Positions 49,012 through 56,297 of a DNA stretch of 60,299 bases are shown in pieces; the stretch's first letter is position 1, and each line of letters starts with the position of its first letter. The stretch comes from a virus (taxonomy: Duplodnaviria; Caudoviricetes): positions 1-60,299 of IMG/VR virus record IMGVR_UViG_3300030372_004604, one strand, 5' to 3'. Both the position numbers and the translations under genes were made by a program. The notes beneath the pieces were generated by a model. The model was not told the DNA's origin and ran no database searches. It saw only the letters and a program-made list of their open reading frames with translations.

Positions 49012-49503
49012 TTAACCTAAAATAAAATCGTAATCCTCAAGTTCATCAACGTGTACCACTACCATCTTGTTAAAATAAGTATCAAGGGTAGGTGTCAGTA
49101 CATGTTTTACTGTGTCAGGTGGTAAAAAGTAAAACTCCAAGCGTACATCAATACCGTACAGTGCCGTGGTGTCACGGTCGGTAGGCGGTATGTGGTAGCT
49201 AATTTTCAAATCCTGTTCAAGTTTGGTACTTTTGTCACGCAACAAACTTAACTCATTAACAACTTTGTCAACGTTTTCCCTGTTAACTGCACCGCCCTCA
49301 GTAGGGTAATGCTTTATGGGGGTGTAGTGATCTGTAGCAATGTATTGCTTTATGGGTAGGACAGTGTGCATAAAATCTGTAATAGCTTTGTCAATTGCAG
49401 GAAAAGCAAGTTGATTTACCCTACGCTCATATGGGCAGGTTACCTCTTCAATGTAATTGCTATAAGGAACAAAATTTTCAAGATGTTTGTGTAACTGTGT
49501 CAT
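49012..49503 (-). CDS. Hypothetical early protein
   Basis: Preceded by a cassette element and RBS. Confidence 0.7.
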   Translation of the reverse strand: MTQLHKHLENFVPYSNYIEEVTCPYERRVNQLAFPAIDKAITDFMHTVLPIKQYIATDHYTPIKHYPTEGGAVNRENVDKVVNELSLLRDKSTKLEQDLKISYHIPPTDRDTTALYGIDVRLEFYFLPPDTVKHVLTPTLDTYFNKMVVVHVDELEDYDFILG

Positions 49504-49506
49504 GTG

Positions 49507-49592
49507 TAAACCCTTTCTCGGTTTGTTGTGTACTGTTTATATAGTAGCCCCCAAAATTATCAGGGGCTACCATTATTGTGTCTTTTGTGTTC
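49507..49592 (-). promoter_or_regulatory. Cassette element
   Basis: GAACACAAAAGA ... GTAGCCCCTGATAATTTTGGGGGCTACTAT ... CCGAGAAAGGGT. Confidence 0.7.
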
Positions 49593-50168
49593 TTAGTGCA
49601 GTGTTGTTTGATCACCGCCTTGTGATACCTGCGTCATAATGTGCAGGTCAGGTATAGGCATTTCATCAGTAGGTTTGTCCCACCATACTTTAGCATCATA
49701 CTTATTAAGTAGCCAATCATCAGGCATTTTTAAACAACTAAAGTCAGGGGTGTAATCAGGGCAAGCAGGTTTTTGCCATACAACTGCGAGGTTCCATATC
49801 TCAAGGTTGCCCTGTTTGTTTATAAAGTCCCACCTAGTAGCATGGCTAAAAACAGGTAAGTCTTGGGGTATTTTTACGATGGTTGTACCATTATCGTCAG
49901 CCGTAGCAAACTTACTTAAACTGAGAGGTTTTTTAGCATCAACCTCAATAAATATTTTACCATCATGTTTTTTAGCTAAATGAGCAACTGTATATGCTTG
50001 GGACAACATGAGAACAAATGATTCATCGTTAATGGTCCCTTCAAAATACCAAATGGCTATTTGTTTTAAGACATCAGGGTACAGTTCAGGTTTTACTACA
50101 TAATGTGGTTGCAGAACTCGGTTAGCTTCCGCATATGTAAAAATGTTACGGTCATATTTTACTGTCAT
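49593..50168 (-). CDS. Hypothetical early protein (paralogue of 50463-50930)
   Basis: Shared P..LKQ, LAKK..G.IF, NLAVVWQ. Confidence 0.7.
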   Translation of the reverse strand: MTVKYDRNIFTYAEANRVLQPHYVVKPELYPDVLKQIAIWYFEGTINDESFVLMLSQAYTVAHLAKKHDGKIFIEVDAKKPLSLSKFATADDNGTTIVKIPQDLPVFSHATRWDFINKQGNLEIWNLAVVWQKPACPDYTPDFSCLKMPDDWLLNKYDAKVWWDKPTDEMPIPDLHIMTQVSQGGDQTTLH

Positions 50169-50462
50169 ATATCAGCCCTTTCTTGGCTTGTTACTACTGT
50201 ATAAATACTACCCCACCGTTTTATCAACAACTACCTTTAATTTATCTTTTATGTTCTTATCATAGTTACCTGCCCCACGGCAAAATTGTATATACGATAA
50301 TTTTTACAGACGTTTTTAAAGGCCCTGTGACGTTATCAATACATTTATGTATAGGTATATACCCTTTATATATTGAGTACATCGTAGGGCATTTTTTTAT
50401 CCGATCAATAATGATTGCTCTGCGTAAAAAATAGGGGGACATGAAGCCCCCCTAATTATATG

Positions 50463-50930
50463 TTACTGCCACACGACAGCGAGGTTCATAAAAGTCCATG
50501 GTCCTCGGCCATCTGTTGCCCTTACCGTCACTACATAGGTATTGGTCGGTGTGCCTCGGTTGGCGTTACTTGCAATCACAACTCGTCTTTGTGGTTGGCT
50601 TAGTCCGCACCAGTTGGGCGTTTCCCATCGCACTATTTCGCTACCTTGCGTGTCAGGGTAAAACCCAGTGCTATGTATCGGGGCAGGGGCATCGTTGTGC
50701 CAAAATATGTCACCCTTGGTTTTTTTAGCCAAGGCAACAAGATCTCTAAACAACCCTGCATATATATAGTTTTCGTAGGTAGTATCACCTCCTGCAAGTG
50801 GGCTGTCTGCAAACATGTCCCACTCTTCGGGGTCCATGCTATTGTTTTCCGTTAACAACACATCAGCTTCTTCCTGCTTCAGTGCGTAGGGGCAGTATTT
50901 AGGTTGAACAAATTTTGGGTACTGTGTCAT
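50463..50930 (-). CDS. Hypothetical early protein
   Basis: RBS before ATG 50930; ends NLAVVWQ; terminator at about 50426-50453. Confidence 0.7.
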   Translation of the reverse strand: MTQYPKFVQPKYCPYALKQEEADVLLTENNSMDPEEWDMFADSPLAGGDTTYENYIYAGLFRDLVALAKKTKGDIFWHNDAPAPIHSTGFYPDTQGSEIVRWETPNWCGLSQPQRRVVIASNANRGTPTNTYVVTVRATDGRGPWTFMNLAVVWQ

Positions 50931-50934
50931 GTGT

Positions 50935-51019
50935 AAACCCTTTCTCGGTTTAGTTATTACTATAAATAGTATAGCCCCCAACATTGTCGGGGGCTATGGC
51001 TATTTAGTCTTTTGTGGTC
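50935..51019 (-). promoter_or_regulatory. Cassette element
   Basis: CACAAAAGA ... ATAGCCCCCGACAATGTTGGGGGCTATACT ... CCGAGAAAGGGT. Confidence 0.7.
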
Positions 51020-51447
51020 ATGTGTAATTGCACAAAGTATGCTGAACCTGCGCTTGACATAAAGCAGTTATTCCAGCTTAACTCAACGATTTTGTAATTG
51101 TAGGTGTGAAACACTTTAGCTTCGTGGTATACACCACCCTTTTCATCAAGGCGGTACTTATCATACTTGTTGCCCCTACCCATTTCACATAACAGGTAAT
51201 TGTTCATGCCCTGTATGTGGCCGTCTAGGTTATCGCGGTAAATGGCATGGTCATGTATTTCACGGTCATGGTAATACCATTCCTCATACTTGGGCAGTAC
51301 TGTCTGTATAAACGGCACAAGTAATTTTTCAACAGTGTTGCCTCTTGCTTTTTCTTCATCACTGCCGAACTCCCATGCAAACTGGTTGTTAACCCATGTT
51401 TCCGTGGTAGTTGCCTGAAATTGTTTGGTACTGGTTAAATCAAACAT
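51004..51447 (-). CDS. Hypothetical early protein
   Basis: RBS before ATG 51447. Confidence 0.7.
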   Translation of the reverse strand: MFDLTSTKQFQATTTETWVNNQFAWEFGSDEEKARGNTVEKLLVPFIQTVLPKYEEWYYHDREIHDHAIYRDNLDGHIQGMNNYLLCEMGRGNKYDKYRLDEKGGVYHEAKVFHTYNYKIVELSWNNCFMSSAGSAYFVQLHMTTKD

Positions 51448-51450
51448 ATG

Positions 51451-51536
51451 TAAACCCTTTCTCGGTTTAGTTAGTACTATATAAATAATAGCCCCTAACA
51501 ATGTCAGGGGCTATAGTTATTGTATCTTTTGTATCC
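51451..51536 (-). promoter_or_regulatory. Cassette element
   Basis: ACAAAAGA ... ATAGCCCCTGACATTGTTAGGGGCTATTAT; core identical to the copy at 51892-51930. Confidence 0.7.
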
Positions 51537-51557
51537 ATGCAAATCTGCAAAACCTTT

Positions 51558-51860
51558 TTATCGTATAAAACATATTTTGTCTAATGTTCCATTACCTTTA
51601 ACTTTGCGAGCACTTGCTGAACTATTCCCCATTGTAACAACCCATGTGTCAGCTAAATCGTGTGCGTGTTCAATACTTTCAGCGTCTAACTCTACAAAAC
51701 GATCAGGTACTTTCATGTCTCCATGCGTTTCTACATGAACTACATATTTAAAATGCTCTCCTAATAATTTATATTTAGCTTTACGAGCAACTCTTCCTTC
51801 AATTGCAATCTTAGAAGAAACTAAAAAATCAATTGTGTAACCATTTATAGCCATGACCAT
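51558..51860 (-). CDS. Hypothetical early protein
   Basis: Preceded by a cassette element. Confidence 0.65.
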   Translation of the reverse strand: MVMAINGYTIDFLVSSKIAIEGRVARKAKYKLLGEHFKYVVHVETHGDMKVPDRFVELDAESIEHAHDLADTWVVTMGNSSASARKVKGNGTLDKICFIR

Positions 51861-51930
51861 TAACCCTTTCTCGGTTTATTTGTTAATATAAAAATAATAG
51901 CCCCTAACAATGTCAGGGGCTATAGTTATT
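51861..51930 (-). promoter_or_regulatory. Cassette element
   Basis: ATAGCCCCTGACATTGTTAGGGGCTATTAT ... CCGAGAAAGGGT. Confidence 0.7.
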
Positions 51931-51935
51931 TAGTC

Positions 51936-52388
51936 CTATTTGCTCACAGTTAATTTAACGTATGGCGTCCCCCAGTACTTACTGCTAGGAGAGTAACCGC
52001 CATTTAACAGGGCGAGCAGGACATTGGGCTTTTTGCGTGAATGTCCTAGCTTGGCACATTGGTTAAGGATAAACCCTAACCGTTTATCACCATTTATGCC
52101 TGTTAGAAAAGCTGATTGAATGAAGTGCCGTACACCTCCTTTCTTACCACCCCATCCAAAAGGTACGTCCTCAGGGCTTTGTACAAGGCATTGTATTTCA
52201 ACATTGTTTTCGTTGCCCCCTGCTTCAACTCTCACAAAACTTATAATATCATCATAAGTAAGTTCTTCGCCGTTAAGCATTAACTCAGCAATAACTGGCT
52301 TTTTCTTGGCAACTGCTTTTACTATTTTTTTAGAGGATGCCTTGGCAGTGCTAGGAGCCTCATTTTTTAACGCTACTACTTTTGTCAT
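51936..52388 (-). CDS. Hypothetical protein, ordinary-composition paralogue of the island gene
   Basis: KKPNVLLALLNGGYSPSSKYWGTPYVKLTV. Confidence 0.75.
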   Translation of the reverse strand: MTKVVALKNEAPSTAKASSKKIVKAVAKKKPVIAELMLNGEELTYDDIISFVRVEAGGNENNVEIQCLVQSPEDVPFGWGGKKGGVRHFIQSAFLTGINGDKRLGFILNQCAKLGHSRKKPNVLLALLNGGYSPSSKYWGTPYVKLTVSK

Positions 52389-52448
52389 AATATCCACCTT
52401 TCTATGTGGGTTACAATTAAGTTATGGCTACACTATAAAAGTCAACTT

Positions 52449-52769
52449 TTAAGTACGCAACCCTTTTTTAGTCCTAATTGTTCGTGCTTCCCGAATATCT
52501 TTTAAAAGTTTTGTCAACACCGCACCTTGTTTGTACTTTTTTCTTGCGATTCTTTTTAATGCTTCTCGTATTGTATAGTTAGGAGGCAACCCATTGTGGA
52601 TCCAACCATGTACTGTGACAGGAGTTACTTTTGGTATTTCAATTAAATCGGCTATTGCTTTCACACCACCAAGCCTCCTGACGATTGAAAGTGCGATCGG
52701 GTCTCCGATTTCAACTGCTTTTTCTTCATTTTTTATTAATTCTTTTTTTAGTTGTTTTGGGGTCAACAT
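52449..52769 (-). CDS. Putative Cro-like HTH DNA-binding protein
   Basis: IVRRLGGVKAIADLI....TPVTVHGWIHNGLP. Confidence 0.55.
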   Translation of the reverse strand: MLTPKQLKKELIKNEEKAVEIGDPIALSIVRRLGGVKAIADLIEIPKVTPVTVHGWIHNGLPPNYTIREALKRIARKKYKQGAVLTKLLKDIREARTIRTKKGLRT

Positions 52770-52889
52770 GTGTACGCTCTCTCTCGTCGTAATCTCACAA
52801 AAAAGCCCCCGACAAGGGAAAAGGCAAACTTGTCGGGGGAGTTCCAGGGAGTGGTAGACTAAGGATGAGCTCAGCCTTGCCACACTTTA

Positions 52890-53021
52890 TCATTGATGAA
52901 TGATCATGCCAAGAACAATGATGGAAAAAATCCCTATGCAACAAATGACGAACTGCCAAAAGTATGGAAGTTCTGTGAATTGATCTTTTAAATGTAAAAA
53001 CATATTTTTTATCGTTTTCAT
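52890..53021 (-). CDS. 43-aa membrane peptide (not in ORF track)
   Basis: AAGGAG upstream; hydrophobic C-terminal half. Confidence 0.4.
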   Translation of the reverse strand: MKTIKNMFLHLKDQFTELPYFWQFVICCIGIFSIIVLGMIIHQ

Positions 53022-53057
53022 AGTAAGGGGATGCTCCTTTGCTTTAAGAGTTGTGAA

Positions 53058-53294
53058 CTAAATATCTATTTCATTTATTTTTGTATTTGGTAAATCATCT
53101 AATTCTTTTTTGATGTCAGCTTTTCTGTTTTTGATTTCCTGTTGCCTAAGTTTTTCGCTTTCAGACATTCTTTTCTTATGTGGCACAGAATCTACTACAC
53201 GATCAAACTGGTCTTGAATGCGCTGTAACCATTTATCGTTTAACTCTGACATCATTGGTCCTTTATTAATAAGATAAACCCATAACATCCTCAT
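53058..53294 (-). CDS. Hypothetical protein (true start possibly 53255)
   Basis: ORF in the operon. Confidence 0.5.
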   Translation of the reverse strand: MRMLWVYLINKGPMMSELNDKWLQRIQDQFDRVVDSVPHKKRMSESEKLRQQEIKNRKADIKKELDDLPNTKINEIDI

Positions 53295-53297
53295 ACA

Positions 53298-53543
53298 TTA
53301 CCGTTTTTTCTGCAATGTCGCAATGAACTGTTGTTTTTGATCAATCATTTTGTATAGCCTGTCCCTTGCTTGTGGTACATGTAAACAGATAGTTGCTAGA
53401 GCAAAAGCTAAAACGCCTGTTTTGTGGCTATCAGTAAATTTTAAGGGTTGGCCTAAGTTTTGTCTTTTTTCTAAATCATGTTCAGCTTCGGCTAAGTGTA
53501 AGAGATCATTTACACTTGCCCTGACGTTTGCGTAATTTACCAT
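53298..53543 (-). CDS. Hypothetical protein
   Basis: ATGGTAA overlap with the upstream gene. Confidence 0.55.
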   Translation of the reverse strand: MVNYANVRASVNDLLHLAEAEHDLEKRQNLGQPLKFTDSHKTGVLAFALATICLHVPQARDRLYKMIDQKQQFIATLQKKR

Positions 53544-53758
53544 GGATTGTAACCCTTTAACCTTTCCTCAAGTTCTTTTACACGCTTTTCAAGTTTTAAT
53601 ATAAGTCGTGTGTTGAACTGTATGTGTTGCGCTTGGGCCTCTACAAACTCCTTTATGTTAAAGGCGTTAAGGCTAGTGTCAGCAACCACAGTGCTGGAAG
53701 TATGCTTGTTATCACTAAGTAAGTTACCATTTCGTTTCATCCACTCCTCGGTTTGCAT
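53537..53758 (-). CDS. Hypothetical coiled-coil protein
   Basis: AGAAAGGT RBS. Confidence 0.55.
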   Translation of the reverse strand: MQTEEWMKRNGNLLSDNKHTSSTVVADTSLNAFNIKEFVEAQAQHIQFNTRLILKLEKRVKELEERLKGYNPW

Positions 53759-53762
53759 AAAA

Positions 53763-54176
53763 TTACCTTTCTACATAAAAAATGTGTTTACTGATTTTAA
53801 CGGTTGGCTTCATTTTTGTAGCCCATTGTGGGTAGACGTATACAGCATGATAGAACAATGCTCCTTTGCTGTAATCTGGTTTACCCATTACGAGTTCTCT
53901 CGCAAGAAATACTGCTTTCCTAAACGACGCATCGTTTTTAGGTTCATCACTTTTGCCATCACAGTAAAAGCTAAACTGACATTTGTGTTTTACTGGATAG
54001 GCTTGGTTCCATTTGTGTGTAGGCCCTTGAGTAATAACACTACACACATCGTTGGGGAACCGTGGATCTTTGGCCCTGTTGAGAATAACATTGCCAACGG
54101 CTATCTGCCCATCTACAGGTTCGCCCCTTGCTTCAAAGTAAATAGCTATTGCTAGACAAGTAATTGTTTCTAACAT
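53763..54176 (-). CDS. Cell-wall hydrolase (SleB / Hydrolase_2 family)
   Basis: CLA.AIYFEARGE, AV..VILNR, CQFSF, ALFYHA, HIFY. Confidence 0.85.
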   Translation of the reverse strand: MLETITCLAIAIYFEARGEPVDGQIAVGNVILNRAKDPRFPNDVCSVITQGPTHKWNQAYPVKHKCQFSFYCDGKSDEPKNDASFRKAVFLARELVMGKPDYSKGALFYHAVYVYPQWATKMKPTVKISKHIFYVER

Positions 54177-54178
54177 TA

Positions 54179-54334
54179 CTACTCCTCCTTTTTACGCCTC
54201 CACTGGTTACCCTGCTTTTCCCACGCATAAGGTCTAAGCAATGCTTCAAAGGGTATACCGTCTTCTGTACCCATATCATCAAGGAGCGTGTCATAAATAT
54301 CGCGCTCGGGTGTTTTACCATCTTTTTTTACCAT
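54179..54334 (-). CDS. 51-aa hypothetical protein (different frame from track ORF 54133-54321)
   Basis: MVKKDGKTPERDIYDTLLDD...; tight coupling to both neighbours. Confidence 0.5.
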   Translation of the reverse strand: MVKKDGKTPERDIYDTLLDDMGTEDGIPFEALLRPYAWEKQGNQWRRKKEE

Positions 54335-54555
54335 GTGCCGTCTCCGTTAAATATGCCGTACTTTTCAACATCATCATCAGTAGGCACATCAGCTTCTCTG
54401 CGGGTTAGCTCCTTAGCATAATCTTTAGCAATGCGTTCATTCATTTCTGCTTTGTTATGCCCTAATGCTTTGAAATATGTTCTGCGAGCATTGCAATAGC
54501 ACTGGAACAACTTAGCGTCGTCATGGTACTTGTATTCTCTTGCAGTAATAATCAT
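54328..54555 (-). CDS. Hypothetical protein
   Basis: AGAAAGAGGT RBS. Confidence 0.6.
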   Translation of the reverse strand: MIITAREYKYHDDAKLFQCYCNARRTYFKALGHNKAEMNERIAKDYAKELTRREADVPTDDDVEKYGIFNGDGTW

Positions 54556-54638
54556 GTGAAATACCTCTTTCTACAGGTTATGTTGTTATTAATTATATTG
54601 TACATATAAAAAAGTCAATGTTAAGCAAAAAGTGTTCG

Positions 54639-54818
54639 TTACTTATCGCGATCTTTATTTCTCATTTCATTGAAAAGAGAAAACAATGTTTCAACTTTTT
54701 TAGTGAGATGTTCTACATCTATTTTAGTTTTGATGATTGCATAAACAATACCAGAAAGAATCGCAAAAATTGCGATCCCAGTATTAATTAAATCAAATAC
54801 ATCAAACTCAGAGCCCAT
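54639..54818 (-). CDS. 59-aa TM plus coiled-coil protein (not in ORF track)
   Basis: MGSEFDVFDLINTGIAIFAILSGIVYAII... Confidence 0.45.
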   Translation of the reverse strand: MGSEFDVFDLINTGIAIFAILSGIVYAIIKTKIDVEHLTKKVETLFSLFNEMRNKDRDK

Positions 54819-55098
54819 CAGGAATAATCCAATGTGTTGACGTTAAGTACCCACAGTTAGAACACCCTACTGTACGTTTGTCATCGTTTACTAGGAAAAA
54901 TTTATTGCTTTCACATAGAGAGCATACGAGTACATCTACTTCTGTTTCTAAAAACGTACCTTTTTCTTGTTTTTTCTGTTTAAACGTAGCTTCTGCATAT
55001 TTTTCTGCATCACTAACAGTTCGTTTTGACGTAAATGGTATGACATTGTTACCTACAATGTCATGAACGGTGGAGTTTCCCTTTTTTTCCATGAACAT
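54808..55098 (-). CDS. Zn-ribbon-like protein
   Basis: CSLC ... CSNC. Confidence 0.5.
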   Translation of the reverse strand: MFMEKKGNSTVHDIVGNNVIPFTSKRTVSDAEKYAEATFKQKKQEKGTFLETEVDVLVCSLCESNKFFLVNDDKRTVGCSNCGYLTSTHWIIPDGL

Positions 55099-55517
55099 AT
55101 CCTTGCTTTTTCGTTTATGTAATAATCGTGATAAGCCTGTATAGGATCACTACATTTATACTCATCTGGCATCGCTTGCGGATGTTTTGTTACGCCCCTT
55201 GCTTTCAGCAATATAGGGGGACACCGTAAAATGGCAAGAACTGTTTCGCAAGCATGGACTTTTTCATACCTGTAAGTATACTCCTTGCATAATGCAATGC
55301 CTAGCCTCCATAGCCAAATGTAGTTTTCCACTGTTTGTCCTGCCCATAACGTACATGGGTGCTTCTCATGTACTGGCAGGTAAGGCCCTTCGTTTTCATA
55401 ACGCCAATGCACAGTAGAAAGCATCTGTGTGGTTTCTAATGGCATCTTTACAATATGCTTATCGCAATGGTACTTAGCGCATTGGGTAACGTCATAATCT
55501 AATAGAAAAATATTAAT
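55053..55517 (-). CDS. Pyrimidine-dimer DNA glycosylase (endonuclease V)-like protein
   Basis: NIFLLD..CAKYHCDKHIVKM.LE..QMLST, HPCTLWA, EYTYRY, QAMPDEYK; start uncertain. Confidence 0.7.
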   Translation of the reverse strand: MNIFLLDYDVTQCAKYHCDKHIVKMPLETTQMLSTVHWRYENEGPYLPVHEKHPCTLWAGQTVENYIWLWRLGIALCKEYTYRYEKVHACETVLAILRCPPILLKARGVTKHPQAMPDEYKCSDPIQAYHDYYINEKARICSWKKRETPPFMTL

Positions 55518-55518
55518 G

Positions 55519-55683
55519 TTACCATGCCTTTTTAGTTTTGCGGTACTCAGCAAGTAGATGGCCTACAACTTGTGTCAAAGTAATTTTAAACCCAAGGTTA
55601 GAGTCTAGTTCTTGTTGTAGTTCTTTTAAGTGTTCATATAACTCAAAACTAACGCCTACGTTTTTGTTTCTTGGCTTTGCCAT
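55519..55683 (-). CDS. 54-aa ribbon-helix-helix-like protein (not in ORF track)
   Basis: MAKPRNKNVGVSFELYEHLKEL...TLTQVVGHLL; AGAAAGGA RBS. Confidence 0.5.
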   Translation of the reverse strand: MAKPRNKNVGVSFELYEHLKELQQELDSNLGFKITLTQVVGHLLAEYRKTKKAW

Positions 55684-55751
55684 AGTAAATCCTTTCTAGG
55701 TTGTATTGTTTACTATGGTAAATATACCCTACAAAACACAAAGGACCATGT

Positions 55752-56297
55752 TTATTTACTCAAATTATGTAAGCGTATTATCATTTTTAATGCTCTGTTT
55801 ACTTGCTTTTCGTGTGGGTACTTTTCTTTTAAATACCGTATACCCCGATTCATTACATCTACAGCAGATTTGTTGCCTTGTGTGATCAATTCATAACAAT
55901 GTAGCACGAGTTCTAATTTATCTGCGGCATCACATGCTTTTGCCTCTTCTACAGTGATCGGTATAAATAATTCACCAATACCGATAGAACTTTCAAAATC
56001 ATTTTCTATGCGTTTAAGTATAGAGTGGACTTCTGAGTAATTCCATTTAGTTGTAGCAGGTAAATCACCTACCGCAATCTCAGCTACATCATGATACATC
56101 ATATGCAACAGGCAGTTTTTACTAGCCTCAGGCCAAAGCGTATGAAGTATCACCATTGCTCGCCAAGTGTGAGCAGCTACGTTTTGTCCGTTGGTTAATT
56201 CTGGTCTTGTATGGTATCGGGTTACATGCCCACCTCTAATTTTTGCATACAGGTGTTTCAGGTTGGCGTTTTTGTATTTTTTCCTTCTCGTTTCCAT
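55752..56297 (-). CDS. HD-domain 5'-deoxynucleotidase (YfbR-like)
   Basis: VTRYH, QNVAAHTW, YHDVAE..VGDLP, ADKLE. Confidence 0.8.
   Translation of the reverse strand: METRRKKYKNANLKHLYAKIRGGHVTRYHTRPELTNGQNVAAHTWRAMVILHTLWPEASKNCLLHMMYHDVAEIAVGDLPATTKWNYSEVHSILKRIENDFESSIGIGELFIPITVEEAKACDAADKLELVLHCYELITQGNKSAVDVMNRGIRYLKEKYPHEKQVNRALKMIIRLHNLSK

Noticed and set aside
50931-50984. Shared N-terminal extension MLGAI...KPRKGLHM on ORFs ending at 48417, 50984 and 51501
   Set aside because: It is only the translation of the repeated promoter/RBS element; the real starts follow GAGAAAGGGT.
48362-51930. Integron attC array or CRISPR-like repeats
   Set aside because: No integrase, no GTTRRRY cores recognised, and the repeats include promoter and RBS features.
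54133-54321. Track ORF MVKHPSAIF
   Set aside because: The alternative frame 54179-54334 fits the gap and couples to both neighbours.
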